A DNA stretch of 32,000 nucleotides from Caldimicrobium thiodismutans (GTDB taxonomy: Bacteria > Desulfobacterota > Thermodesulfobacteria > Thermodesulfobacteriales > Thermodesulfobacteriaceae), in assembly GCF_001548275.1 (NCBI RefSeq), contig NZ_AP014945.1, forward strand, positions 150,001-182,000, written 5' to 3'. How positions within the stretch are numbered: position 1 is the first letter of the stretch; each line of letters opens with the position of its first letter. A model generated the notes under the pieces. It saw nothing but the letters and a program-made list of their open reading frames with translations, was not told where the DNA came from and did not search any database. The translations under genes were made by a program, and so were the position numbers. Positions 22,814-30,475 of this stretch are shown here, one piece after another.

Positions 22814-25285
22814 ATGGAATTTTTATATCTCAGTCTCATATTAGATCAGGAAGCCCGTATCCTTAGCTGTAATAAAAACTTTCTTAAACTTACAGGTTAT
22901 ACTCTGGAAGAAATTAAATTTAAAAGACTTTGTGAAATCCTTTATGATCCCAGATGTTGGGAAAACTCTGAAAAACTGAAGAGAGAATCTAAGTTCCCTT
23001 TAGATATAGAAATCACCCTTTCCCGTAAAAAGGGTGTTCCCCTTTATGTTCACGGGAAAATCAAGAAATTTTTCCACAATGGAAAAGAACTTTTCCTGCT
23101 TTTTGGCTGGAATATAACCGCCCTTAAAACTTATGAAAGACTTTATAGGCTTTTAAGACTTATAAATTCAATAATTACAAAGGCTCAAACTGAAGAGGAG
23201 ATTTATCAAGAAATTTGCAAGGGGCTTGTTAATGAACTTGGGTTAAGATTTGCATGGGTGGGTGTGCCAGACTGGGAGAAAAAAATAGTAAAACCCCTTT
23301 ATCATTATGGTTATGAGGCTGGTTATCTCTCTGAAATTACTATCTCTCTTGATCCTGAGATTCCTGAAGGTAAAGGCCCAACAGCTCAGGCGATAAGGGA
23401 AGGCAAAATTTCCATAAATCCCGATACCCGAACCAATCCCTATTATACCGCTTTTAGAGAGCCTGCCCTTAAGAGAGATTATCTTTCCAGTGTAGCTATC
23501 CCTCTCTTTGTGAAAGGTGAACTCCGGTCAGTTTTAAACCTCTATTCCAAAGAGCCCTATTATTTTAACCAGCTTCAGGAGGGGCTCCTTTATGAATTGA
23601 AAGAGGATCTTGAGTTTGCTATATCTCGGCTTGAGAAAGAACATTTTTTAGAATTAATAAGCACAGCTCTTACTAACTCTGACCTCTGGCTATTAATTAC
23701 TGATGAAAGGGGAAATATTTTATATGCCAATACAGAGGTTATGTTGCTTACTGGTTACACAGAAGAGGAGCTATTGGGAAGGAATCTCTCTCTTTTTGAG
23801 GCTGAAAGGGGCTCCCCTGAGAGCCATCCAGAGATGTGGGATTATCTCTCTGAAGGGAGAAATTTTTCGGCTCTTTTTACCTATAGAAAAAAGAGTGGAG
23901 AAGTCTTTTACCTGGATCAAAAGGCCATACCAGTAGATTTTGGACCGGATAAAAAATATATAGTTTTTGCAGGCAGAGATCTAACCCTTCAAATTGGCCT
24001 TTTTGAAACTATAGAAAACCTCAAAAATTACGATCCTCTAACAGATAGCCTCTCCTTAAGAGGTTTACTGGATAAAGCTAAGACCTCTCTTCCCCACCTC
24101 AAAGGGAATGCCCTTTTTATTGTCCTCGATTTATATCAATTTACATATATAAACGATCACTATGGCTTTCTGATTGGTGATGAGATTTTAAGGTTCTTAG
24201 CACGGAGACTAAAAGGAATTCTCAGGGAATCTGATTATTTAGCAAGAGTGGCCTCGGATGAATTTTGTCTTTTTATTTCCGGAATAAAGAATGAAGAAGA
24301 GATAGCCTCTAAGCTTTATGAAATAGGTAAGCTTATCTCAGGACCCATTGAGATAAAAAGTGAAAAATTGAGCCTTAAGTATAATCTTGGGGTTTCTCTT
24401 TATCCTCTTGATGGAAGTGATCCTGAGGATCTCTATCGCAAGGCTAATTCTGCCTGTTCCTTGGCTAAAAAAGAAGGTCCCAATGTGATAAAATTTTATG
24501 GAAAAGAAGTGGAAGTTCTTATTAAAAAGACCCTGGAGGTAGAAAGGCTCATAGAGGAGGCTTTAAACTTTGGATATTTTCAGTTTTATTTTCAACCTTA
24601 CTTTGATACGCATAACCTTTTATTATCAGGTGCTGAGGCATTAATAAGAATAGTTAAACCAAATGGGGAGGTGATTTCCCCTGGAGTTTTTATTTCTCAC
24701 TTGGAGACCTCTCCTCTGAGAAGGGACTTTGAAGTGTGGGCTATAAAGACCCTTGTTGAAAAGATAAATCTCTGGAAACTACCTATAGGATTAAATCTCT
24801 ATCCCGATACTTTTGGGGATGAGTCTTTTTGGGATGAGGTTACAACTTTTCTGGAAGGACTTGAAGGTCCTCTTGTCCTTGAAATCACTGAAAGGGGGTT
24901 TATAAAAAATCCAGAAGGAATTGTTGAGGTTTTTAGAAGCCTAAAAGAAAAATATCCTTACTTGAGATTTGCCCTTGATGACTTTGGAACAGGTTATAGC
25001 AACATGAGTTATCTCCGTAAATTACCCTTAGATTATTTAAAGATTGATCTAACCTTTGTGCGGGAAATTGAATCTGATGATAGGGTAAGAGGCATTGTGA
25101 AAACCATAATTGATTTAGCCCATATTTTGCAAGCTAAGGCTTTAGCAGAGGGCGTTGAATCTCAAGAACAGATTCAGATTCTTGATATTATGGGATGTGA
25201 CTATCTTCAGGGATTTTATTTTGAAAAACCTATTCCTGAAAAAGATTTTATAAAAAAGTATCTACCTAAGATTAATTTATCTTGA
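22814..25285 (+). CDS. PAS-GAF-PAS-GGDEF(degenerate)-EAL signalling protein, probable c-di-GMP phosphodiesterase
   Basis: 823 aa. The GGDEF position reads ASDEF (nt 24251-24265), with an RxxD I-site (RESD) 5 residues upstream. The EAL domain retains EALIR, EITE, DDFGTGYS, KID, EGVE and QG. Confidence 0.9.
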   Translation: MEFLYLSLILDQEARILSCNKNFLKLTGYTLEEIKFKRLCEILYDPRCWENSEKLKRESKFPLDIEITLSRKKGVPLYVHGKIKKFFHNGKELFLLFGWNITALKTYERLYRLLRLINSIITKAQTEEEIYQEICKGLVNELGLRFAWVGVPDWEKKIVKPLYHYGYEAGYLSEITISLDPEIPEGKGPTAQAIREGKISINPDTRTNPYYTAFREPALKRDYLSSVAIPLFVKGELRSVLNLYSKEPYYFNQLQEGLLYELKEDLEFAISRLEKEHFLELISTALTNSDLWLLITDERGNILYANTEVMLLTGYTEEELLGRNLSLFEAERGSPESHPEMWDYLSEGRNFSALFTYRKKSGEVFYLDQKAIPVDFGPDKKYIVFAGRDLTLQIGLFETIENLKNYDPLTDSLSLRGLLDKAKTSLPHLKGNALFIVLDLYQFTYINDHYGFLIGDEILRFLARRLKGILRESDYLARVASDEFCLFISGIKNEEEIASKLYEIGKLISGPIEIKSEKLSLKYNLGVSLYPLDGSDPEDLYRKANSACSLAKKEGPNVIKFYGKEVEVLIKKTLEVERLIEEALNFGYFQFYFQPYFDTHNLLLSGAEALIRIVKPNGEVISPGVFISHLETSPLRRDFEVWAIKTLVEKINLWKLPIGLNLYPDTFGDESFWDEVTTFLEGLEGPLVLEITERGFIKNPEGIVEVFRSLKEKYPYLRFALDDFGTGYSNMSYLRKLPLDYLKIDLTFVREIESDDRVRGIVKTIIDLAHILQAKALAEGVESQEQIQILDIMGCDYLQGFYFEKPIPEKDFIKKYLPKINLS

Positions 25286-26042
25286 AGATGCCTTCTGCTC
25301 TAAATTCTATCTTGAGAGAGGTTTTTTGATTTACTGGTAGAGGGCTTACGGCACTGAGGCACCTCTCGATTGCCCGATTAAAGGCAGGCTCTGGGGATCT
25401 CTGAATAAAATTAATCTTGGTTATCTCTCCTGAATTACTTACCTCAATCTCCACTAAAGCACTTAAGCCTTTTTTGTTTTTGAGATAAATGGGGACCTCA
25501 AAATGGGTCTGCAGTTTTCTCTTCACTAATAAAAGGTAGTCCTGAGATAATGGGCTTGCGGAAGAAGTAGTAGTAGGGGTAAAGGGTCTTTCTTGAATTC
25601 CCTCTTTGAGAGGGCCTTTTTCTTTTATTCTGTTTTTAAGGGAAGCAAGTTTGTTTTGTAAAAATTCCATTTCATCTTTTTCCTGATGGCTTATTTGATT
25701 TTCCTTAGCTTTGAGTTGAGAAAGCCTCTCTTTCAAAAGGGATTCTTCAGAGGGTTTAGATTCAGGAGTGCTTTTTTTTACCTGGAGTTTAGAGGCCTCT
25801 TTAGGAGGCTTTTCTTGAACCTTTGAGGAAGAGGGGAGAGGGGGAGTCTCTCTGGGAGAACTTATGGGGGGCAAGGCCTGTGGCTTAACCTCTGATTGAG
25901 AGAGAAAGGAGGGACTTTCAAGAAGAGTAATTTTTACTTCCTCTTTCTTTTTTACTGAAAAAGAAAGACCTGTTAAAAGAAGGAAGCTTAAGAAAATATT
26001 TATAAAGAGGGAGAGAAAAACTGCAGAAAGATTAAGGGCCAT
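25272..26042 (-). CDS. TonB/TolA-family energy transducer
   Basis: 256 aa. N-terminal TM helix, Pro/Ser/Lys/Glu-rich linker and coiled segment. The C-terminal domain (LSALVEIEVSNSGEITKINFIQRSPEPAFNRAIERCLSAVSPLP) is TolA/TonB-like. Confidence 0.6.
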   Translation of the reverse strand: MALNLSAVFLSLFINIFLSFLLLTGLSFSVKKKEEVKITLLESPSFLSQSEVKPQALPPISSPRETPPLPSSSKVQEKPPKEASKLQVKKSTPESKPSEESLLKERLSQLKAKENQISHQEKDEMEFLQNKLASLKNRIKEKGPLKEGIQERPFTPTTTSSASPLSQDYLLLVKRKLQTHFEVPIYLKNKKGLSALVEIEVSNSGEITKINFIQRSPEPAFNRAIERCLSAVSPLPVNQKTSLKIEFRAEGIFKIN

Positions 26043-26047
26043 GATGA

Positions 26048-26446
26048 TTAGCTTTCAGGTAAGGTAAGAAGTCCTATCTGATTAAAACCTGCTCTTTTTA
26101 CTTCAGATAGAACCTTTGCAACCACCTCATAGGTAGCTAAGCGGTCTGCCTCAATCTGCACCTCCTCAACGAGCTTATTCTTTCGGGCTTCTTTTAGCCA
26201 GCTTGAAAGCCTCTCAAGGCTAACCTTTTCTCCATAAATTTTTATCTCCCCATTTTGGGTAATGGTTATCTTAAGGGGTTCTCTTTCTTTACGAGAGATA
26301 GGGGTGTCTTTGGTCTTAGGTAGATCTACCTCAAGCCCTGAGGTCATAAGAGGGGCAGTGATCATAAATATGATCAAAATTACTAAAACTATATCCACTA
26401 AGGGAATTATGTTTATCTCGTCTTGCAGTTTTTTTTTAACTTTCAT
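26048..26446 (-). CDS. ExbD/TolR-family biopolymer transport protein
   Basis: 132 aa. INIIPLVDIVLVILIIFMITAP TM segment and EVQIEADRLATYEVVAKVLSEVKRAG periplasmic domain are typical of ExbD/TolR. Confidence 0.85.
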   Translation of the reverse strand: MKVKKKLQDEINIIPLVDIVLVILIIFMITAPLMTSGLEVDLPKTKDTPISRKEREPLKITITQNGEIKIYGEKVSLERLSSWLKEARKNKLVEEVQIEADRLATYEVVAKVLSEVKRAGFNQIGLLTLPES

Positions 26447-26447
26447 C

Positions 26448-27188
26448 TTACCAATTTAGATTTTCTTCCTTTAGCACCTCATCCCGGATTATTTTTAAGG
26501 CCTTCTCAAGGAGAACCTCATCAGGAATGGAGGCCTCCTCTGTGTTAAAATAGGGAACATTACCTTCTTTGATATCAGCCCTTAAGCCCTCAAGGTCATA
26601 AGCAAGGAGATAAATTAGATCTAAGAGGTCTCCTGTAAGGGGGGTATCAGCAAATCTCTGCCTCTTTAAAACTACTTCTCCCCAGAGGTCATTAAAATGA
26701 TGGTAAGGGAGAAGCCCCTGTTCTTTAAGAAAATCCTTTACTTTAATGGGGCGGTTTTCATAGTGCCCTTTACAGTGGGTTTCCCGAATGATCTTATAAA
26801 GTTCTATCTTTTCTCCCTTTTCATTTTCTGCAAAGTAACGGGCTAAAGGATAGGTTCGGCAGGCTGAAGGCCTATCTGGATAGACCTTACAGCCCTCTTT
26901 TTCATCTAAAAAAGGACAGGAATAGTCATAGGGATTCATGTTAATTGAAATAACAGGAAGCTGGGTTACCTCTCCAATAAAAAATTCTCCATACTTTTCA
27001 ATAAGTTCTTCTGTTGAAAGCCCTAAGCTCTTTTTTAACCTCAAAAGATCATAGGGGGAAAGGATAAGTTTTACATCATAACAACACTTATTAAAACAGA
27101 CTATACCTTTGTAACATCTAAAGGGAAACTCATCCTCCAAGGTAAGATCCTTGGGGTCAAAAACTATATTATAATGAGGGATATGCAT
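26448..27188 (-). CDS. YkgJ/UPF0153-like cysteine-cluster (Zn/Fe-chelating) protein
   Basis: 246 aa. Cys cluster FRCYKGIVCFNKCC plus the downstream CPFLDEKEGCKVYPDRPSACRTYP, as in the CxxCxxCC family although the first spacing differs. Confidence 0.65.
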   Translation of the reverse strand: MHIPHYNIVFDPKDLTLEDEFPFRCYKGIVCFNKCCYDVKLILSPYDLLRLKKSLGLSTEELIEKYGEFFIGEVTQLPVISINMNPYDYSCPFLDEKEGCKVYPDRPSACRTYPLARYFAENEKGEKIELYKIIRETHCKGHYENRPIKVKDFLKEQGLLPYHHFNDLWGEVVLKRQRFADTPLTGDLLDLIYLLAYDLEGLRADIKEGNVPYFNTEEASIPDEVLLEKALKIIRDEVLKEENLNW

Positions 27189-28327
27189 TATTCAGCTACC
27201 TCTCCCTCGGTTGTAAATTTAGGTTTTCCTGTATCTACCAGCTGAAATCTATCTTTAAGTTTTTCAAGAACCTTGGGTAGAGTTGTGTATTCCATCTCTT
27301 CAGGGGGTAGTCTGTGAGGTTCAAAGATACCTTGTCTGCGCAAGTAATTAGCCATGTGGCTGGCATCTGTTCTGGCTTGATCAAAGGCTGGGTCATCAAA
27401 GAGATCAACAGGGCCGATTAAGTTGCCATTGCAGATCTGATATCCAGCGGCAATTACTCTGGGAGGACCATCAAAACGGGTGGGTTTGGCCTGGGCAAAG
27501 GAAACCGGCATAAGGGGACCGGTATGGGAGCCTCTCATCCAGCCTTCAACAAACCAGGGTCTTGCAAAGGGCTCTAAGGCTTCACCTACCGCTGGGAAAC
27601 CGCTCTGACACCTGACAATGAGAACTGGATCGTCTTTGCCTACATATCTCCCTGCAGTCAGAGAAAGCTTTTGAGTTGAGGCTGAGGCTCCAATCTCTCC
27701 ATCTTTTTTTCTAAAAACGGATCTTACACAGTATCTACTGGTTGCCCCGATAAAGACCATTAAATCATAAAGCTCTTCAGGTGTGCTTAGCTTTATACTC
27801 ATTCCGCTATAGACATCTAAAACCTCAAAGATAAAGCCATCATGCATAGAGGGATCAATAACAAGCCCTGCTGTATTCATAGGATCTGCAAACATCTCAT
27901 AGAGGGGAAGATTCCAGGCACTTGGAGAGGTCTTGTCAGCAAAAAAGACAATCACAGGTTCACTTTTCCTTTCTTCAAATTCCATTTCTGCAACTCCTGG
28001 ACCCATGCCTTTTACATTTCCGGAAAAGGCATCGGTTAAAAGGTCTTGCCCAGCTCCATACATCTTGAGTTTTTTAGCTACCTCAGTTCCTTCTTTAAAG
28101 GCATTCCAAGCCACTTCATGCACTTCGGAAGAATCAAGCCCTTTGGTATGGGTCATAACTAAGGCTATGTCATCACCACAGACAATAACAGAAACATCTT
28201 TAATAAGACCATTATCCTTGGCCTCTAAGGCCACTTCTTTGACTCTGTTTAACACCTCGGGATGAACAGAAGAATGCCCTACAAAACCACCAATATCAGC
28301 CTTGATAACCGAGAGTGTAATCTTCAT
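27188..28327 (-). CDS. fbp: Bifunctional fructose-1,6-bisphosphate aldolase/phosphatase (class V FBPase)
   Basis: 379 aa. The N-terminal ITLSVIKADIGGFVGHSSVHPE and overall length match the archaeal/deep-branching bacterial FBP aldolase/phosphatase family. Confidence 0.92.
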   Translation of the reverse strand: MKITLSVIKADIGGFVGHSSVHPEVLNRVKEVALEAKDNGLIKDVSVIVCGDDIALVMTHTKGLDSSEVHEVAWNAFKEGTEVAKKLKMYGAGQDLLTDAFSGNVKGMGPGVAEMEFEERKSEPVIVFFADKTSPSAWNLPLYEMFADPMNTAGLVIDPSMHDGFIFEVLDVYSGMSIKLSTPEELYDLMVFIGATSRYCVRSVFRKKDGEIGASASTQKLSLTAGRYVGKDDPVLIVRCQSGFPAVGEALEPFARPWFVEGWMRGSHTGPLMPVSFAQAKPTRFDGPPRVIAAGYQICNGNLIGPVDLFDDPAFDQARTDASHMANYLRRQGIFEPHRLPPEEMEYTTLPKVLEKLKDRFQLVDTGKPKFTTEGEVAE

Positions 28328-28421
28328 AAGCCCCTCCTTTCTAAGGAATTTTTGGTCTTTTTCCGATTATAATTTCAAAGTATAATCTATTATAGCATAA
28401 AGCAACCTAAAGTAAACTGAA

Positions 28422-28712
28422 ATGGAAGATGAAAAGGTAGCAGTTGCCCTAAGATACGAACCTGAAGAGGGTAGCCCTGAGGTAATTGCCAAGGGAAAAG
28501 GCTACCTTGCAGAGCTCATTTTAAAGATTGCTAAGGAGAAAGGGATTCCCATAAAGGAGGACTCAAAACTTGTAAAGGAACTTTACAGGCTTGAGCTGAA
28601 CAAACCCATTCCCCCTGAACTTTATCAAGCAGTAGCGGTGGTCTTAGCCTGGGCCTTTCGTCTCAACGAAAGACTAAGGGAGAGAGTCTTAAAATCTCTT
28701 AAAGGCAGTTAA
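28422..28712 (+). CDS. Stand-alone FlhB C-terminal-domain protein (EscU/YscU/HrcU family; YlqH/FlhX-like)
   Basis: 96 aa. VAVALRYEPEEGSPEVIAKGKGYLAELILKIAKEKGIPIKEDSKLVKELY...IPPELYQAVAVVLAW corresponds to the post-cleavage FlhB-CC subdomain. No NPTH site or TM region is present. Confidence 0.8.
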   Translation: MEDEKVAVALRYEPEEGSPEVIAKGKGYLAELILKIAKEKGIPIKEDSKLVKELYRLELNKPIPPELYQAVAVVLAWAFRLNERLRERVLKSLKGS

Positions 28713-29026
28713 TCCATGCTAATCATGGGCTGACCACAACATACAGGGGTTGGCCTGTCTTCTGGATATTCCTCCATATGATTACAAATCATGCAAACAT
28801 AACGGATCTTTCTTACGCTCTCTCTGGCATCTGCACTGGCTTGAATCCCTTCTACATAAAACTGTGCGTATGAAGAGCTCCCAGGTATATACATACCTAA
28901 GGGGAGAAGCTTTTTGTTTTCTTCCTCACATCTTGCTACAAGCTCCCACATCTTGTTCAATCCTTCCACCTCTTGCTTATTTTCAGGGATCAATCTAATA
29001 ATGGCACCCTCCACTTCAATTTTCAT
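28709..29026 (-). CDS. Small protein with a C-terminal desulforedoxin-like Cys4 motif
   Basis: 105 aa from ATG 29026 (SD GAAGG). The C-terminus YVCMICNHMEEYPEDRPTPVCCGQPM has CxxC-x14-CC-G-x-P-M, resembling the desulforedoxin / Dfx N-domain motif. The N-terminal 70 aa are unrecognised. Confidence 0.6.
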   Translation of the reverse strand: MKIEVEGAIIRLIPENKQEVEGLNKMWELVARCEEENKKLLPLGMYIPGSSSYAQFYVEGIQASADARESVRKIRYVCMICNHMEEYPEDRPTPVCCGQPMISMD

Positions 29027-29132
29027 TAAGACCTTCTTTTTATAAGAATTTCTCTTTTTTAAGAAAAAGAAAAACATGAAAAAAATTTTTTCAAGTATTT
29101 GTGATAGCTATTTTAATATTTTTTTCCTTTTG

Positions 29133-29200
29133 CATAAATTCATAGGCTTATAAGAAAAAGGGTGGTAAAAGGTGAGAGGTGAGAGGTGAAAGGTGAAAGG
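29133..29200. repeat. Copy C of the purine-rich intergenic element, with a 4x tandem octamer tail
   Basis: CATAAATTCATAGGCTTATAAGAAAAAGGGTGGTAAAAGG followed by TGAGAGG TGAGAGG TGAAAGG TGAAAGG, which is (GGTGARAG)x4. Confidence 0.6.
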
Positions 29201-29370
29201 TAGAAATAGGGATAAAAAATTTATACAGTGAAGGTTTTAAAATTCGTGATAAAAGGATAGGGATATCCAAATTATTTGCCAAAAGAGGCAAAGAGGCAGA
29301 TAAAGTCTCAAAAGATATGGAGGTATATATTTTTCTTGAAGTAGAAAGGGAAAGTGCTAAAATATTGAAT

Positions 29371-29856
29371 ATGGAAAAAAGGCTTTCCTTTGCCCTGAGT
29401 TTTGATATACACCCCTTGGTTGAGGGAAGAAGGTTTATTCTGGGAGGAGTGGAGATTCCCTTTGCCCTTGGTCTTCTTGGGCATTCAGATGGGGATGTTC
29501 TCTTACATGCCCTTACGGATGCTATACTTTCAGCAGGAGGCTTTCCGGACATAGGAAGCCTTTTTCCAGACCAGGACCCTCAATATAAAAATAAAGAAAG
29601 TTCTTTTTTTGTAGAAAAGGCCCTTGAGCTCATTCATGAAAAGGGTTTAAGGGTCTATCAGGCTGATTTGACTGTTATTTTGGATAAACCTAAGATAGCT
29701 CCCTATTACGGGGAGATAAAGCAAAAAATAGCTCAGATTTTGAGGATTTCAGAGGAATCTATCAGTCTTAAGGCTCGCACCACAGAAGGATTAATCTTTC
29801 AATCTGAGAGGCCTGGTGTGATAGCCTTGGCTCTGGTTGTTCTTGAAAAATTTTAA
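29371..29856 (+). CDS. ispF: 2-C-methyl-D-erythritol 2,4-cyclodiphosphate synthase
   Basis: 161 aa from ATG 29371. FDIHPLVEGRRFILGGVEIPF...GHSDGDVLLHALTDAIL matches IspF. The track start at 29317 would add an atypical 18-aa extension. Confidence 0.9.
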   Translation: MEKRLSFALSFDIHPLVEGRRFILGGVEIPFALGLLGHSDGDVLLHALTDAILSAGGFPDIGSLFPDQDPQYKNKESSFFVEKALELIHEKGLRVYQADLTVILDKPKIAPYYGEIKQKIAQILRISEESISLKARTTEGLIFQSERPGVIALALVVLEKF

Positions 29857-29981
29857 AGTTATTTAAAAAACTTGTATTTTTAAATTTTGATGTTATTTTT
29901 TGAGAAGGTAGAGGTTTGAGTTCTTAGAGTCCCATTCTCTAAGGTCTCATCTTCTATCAAATAAGTTAAAGGGGTTTGGAT

Positions 29982-30446
29982 ATGCGTAAAGTGCAGGTTG
30001 GAGATGTAGTAAGCATTCATTGTGTGGGAAGGCTTGGTTCTGGTGAGGTCTTTGAAGATACCTCTCAGGGTGATCCCTTTGTTTTTGAGGTAGGATCTCC
30101 TGAGATTATTCCTGGACTTTCTGAGGCAGTGCTGGGAATGAGCGAGGGAGAAGAAAGAGAGGTTGTTATTCCAAAGGAAAAGGCCTTTGGTGAGAGAGAT
30201 GAAAATCTCATTAGGAATATTCCAAGGGAGGGTCTAAGTCTTGATGTTGAGCCTACTCCGGGGTTAATGCTGAATCTTATTGTAGATACCCCTCAAGGGG
30301 AGATGACCTTTCCTGCCATGGTGATTGATGTAAGTCCAGAAGAAATCCTTCTGGATCTAAATCCTCCTCTGGCAGGAGAAGACCTCTATTTCCACATTAA
30401 ACTCGTAAAGATTTTGAATGAGTCAGAATCAAACATAATCCTTTGA
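29982..30446 (+). CDS. FKBP-type peptidyl-prolyl cis-trans isomerase (SlyD-like, with IF-type insert)
   Basis: 154 aa from ATG 29982 (SD AAAGGGG). VQVGDVVSIHCVGRL...DPFVFEVGSPEIIPGLSEAVLGMSEGEE...DLNPPLAGEDLYFHIKLV is typical of short FKBP/SlyD proteins. Confidence 0.85.
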   Translation: MRKVQVGDVVSIHCVGRLGSGEVFEDTSQGDPFVFEVGSPEIIPGLSEAVLGMSEGEEREVVIPKEKAFGERDENLIRNIPREGLSLDVEPTPGLMLNLIVDTPQGEMTFPAMVIDVSPEEILLDLNPPLAGEDLYFHIKLVKILNESESNIIL

Positions 30447-30451
30447 GATAA

Positions 30452-30472
30452 AAGGGGGCCTTGGCCCCCCTT
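30452..30472. terminator. GC-rich hairpin shared by the convergent FKBP and COG1900 genes
   Basis: AAGGGGGCC-TT-GGCCCCCCTT lies between the two stop codons (30446 and 30476). It is flanked by TTTT(A) on the minus strand and TTATCTTATC on the plus strand. Confidence 0.6.
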
Positions 30473-30475
30473 ATC

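Noticed and set aside
29171-29200. Possible CRISPR-like or minisatellite array
   Set aside because: It has only four contiguous 8-nt units with no spacers, so it is not a CRISPR array. It is reported instead as a tandem-octamer tail of the intergenic element.
29148-29552. 134-aa minus-strand ORF overlapping the ispF 5' region
   Set aside because: It is antisense to a well-supported IspF frame. Its C-terminal part is a translation of the (GGTGARAG)n repeat. It is judged a spurious ORF.
29923-29943. Hairpin CTTAGAG-tcccatt-CTCTAAG between ispF and the FKBP gene
   Set aside because: It is a 7-bp stem with no following T-tract and no second copy. The evidence is insufficient to call it a terminator or regulatory RNA.
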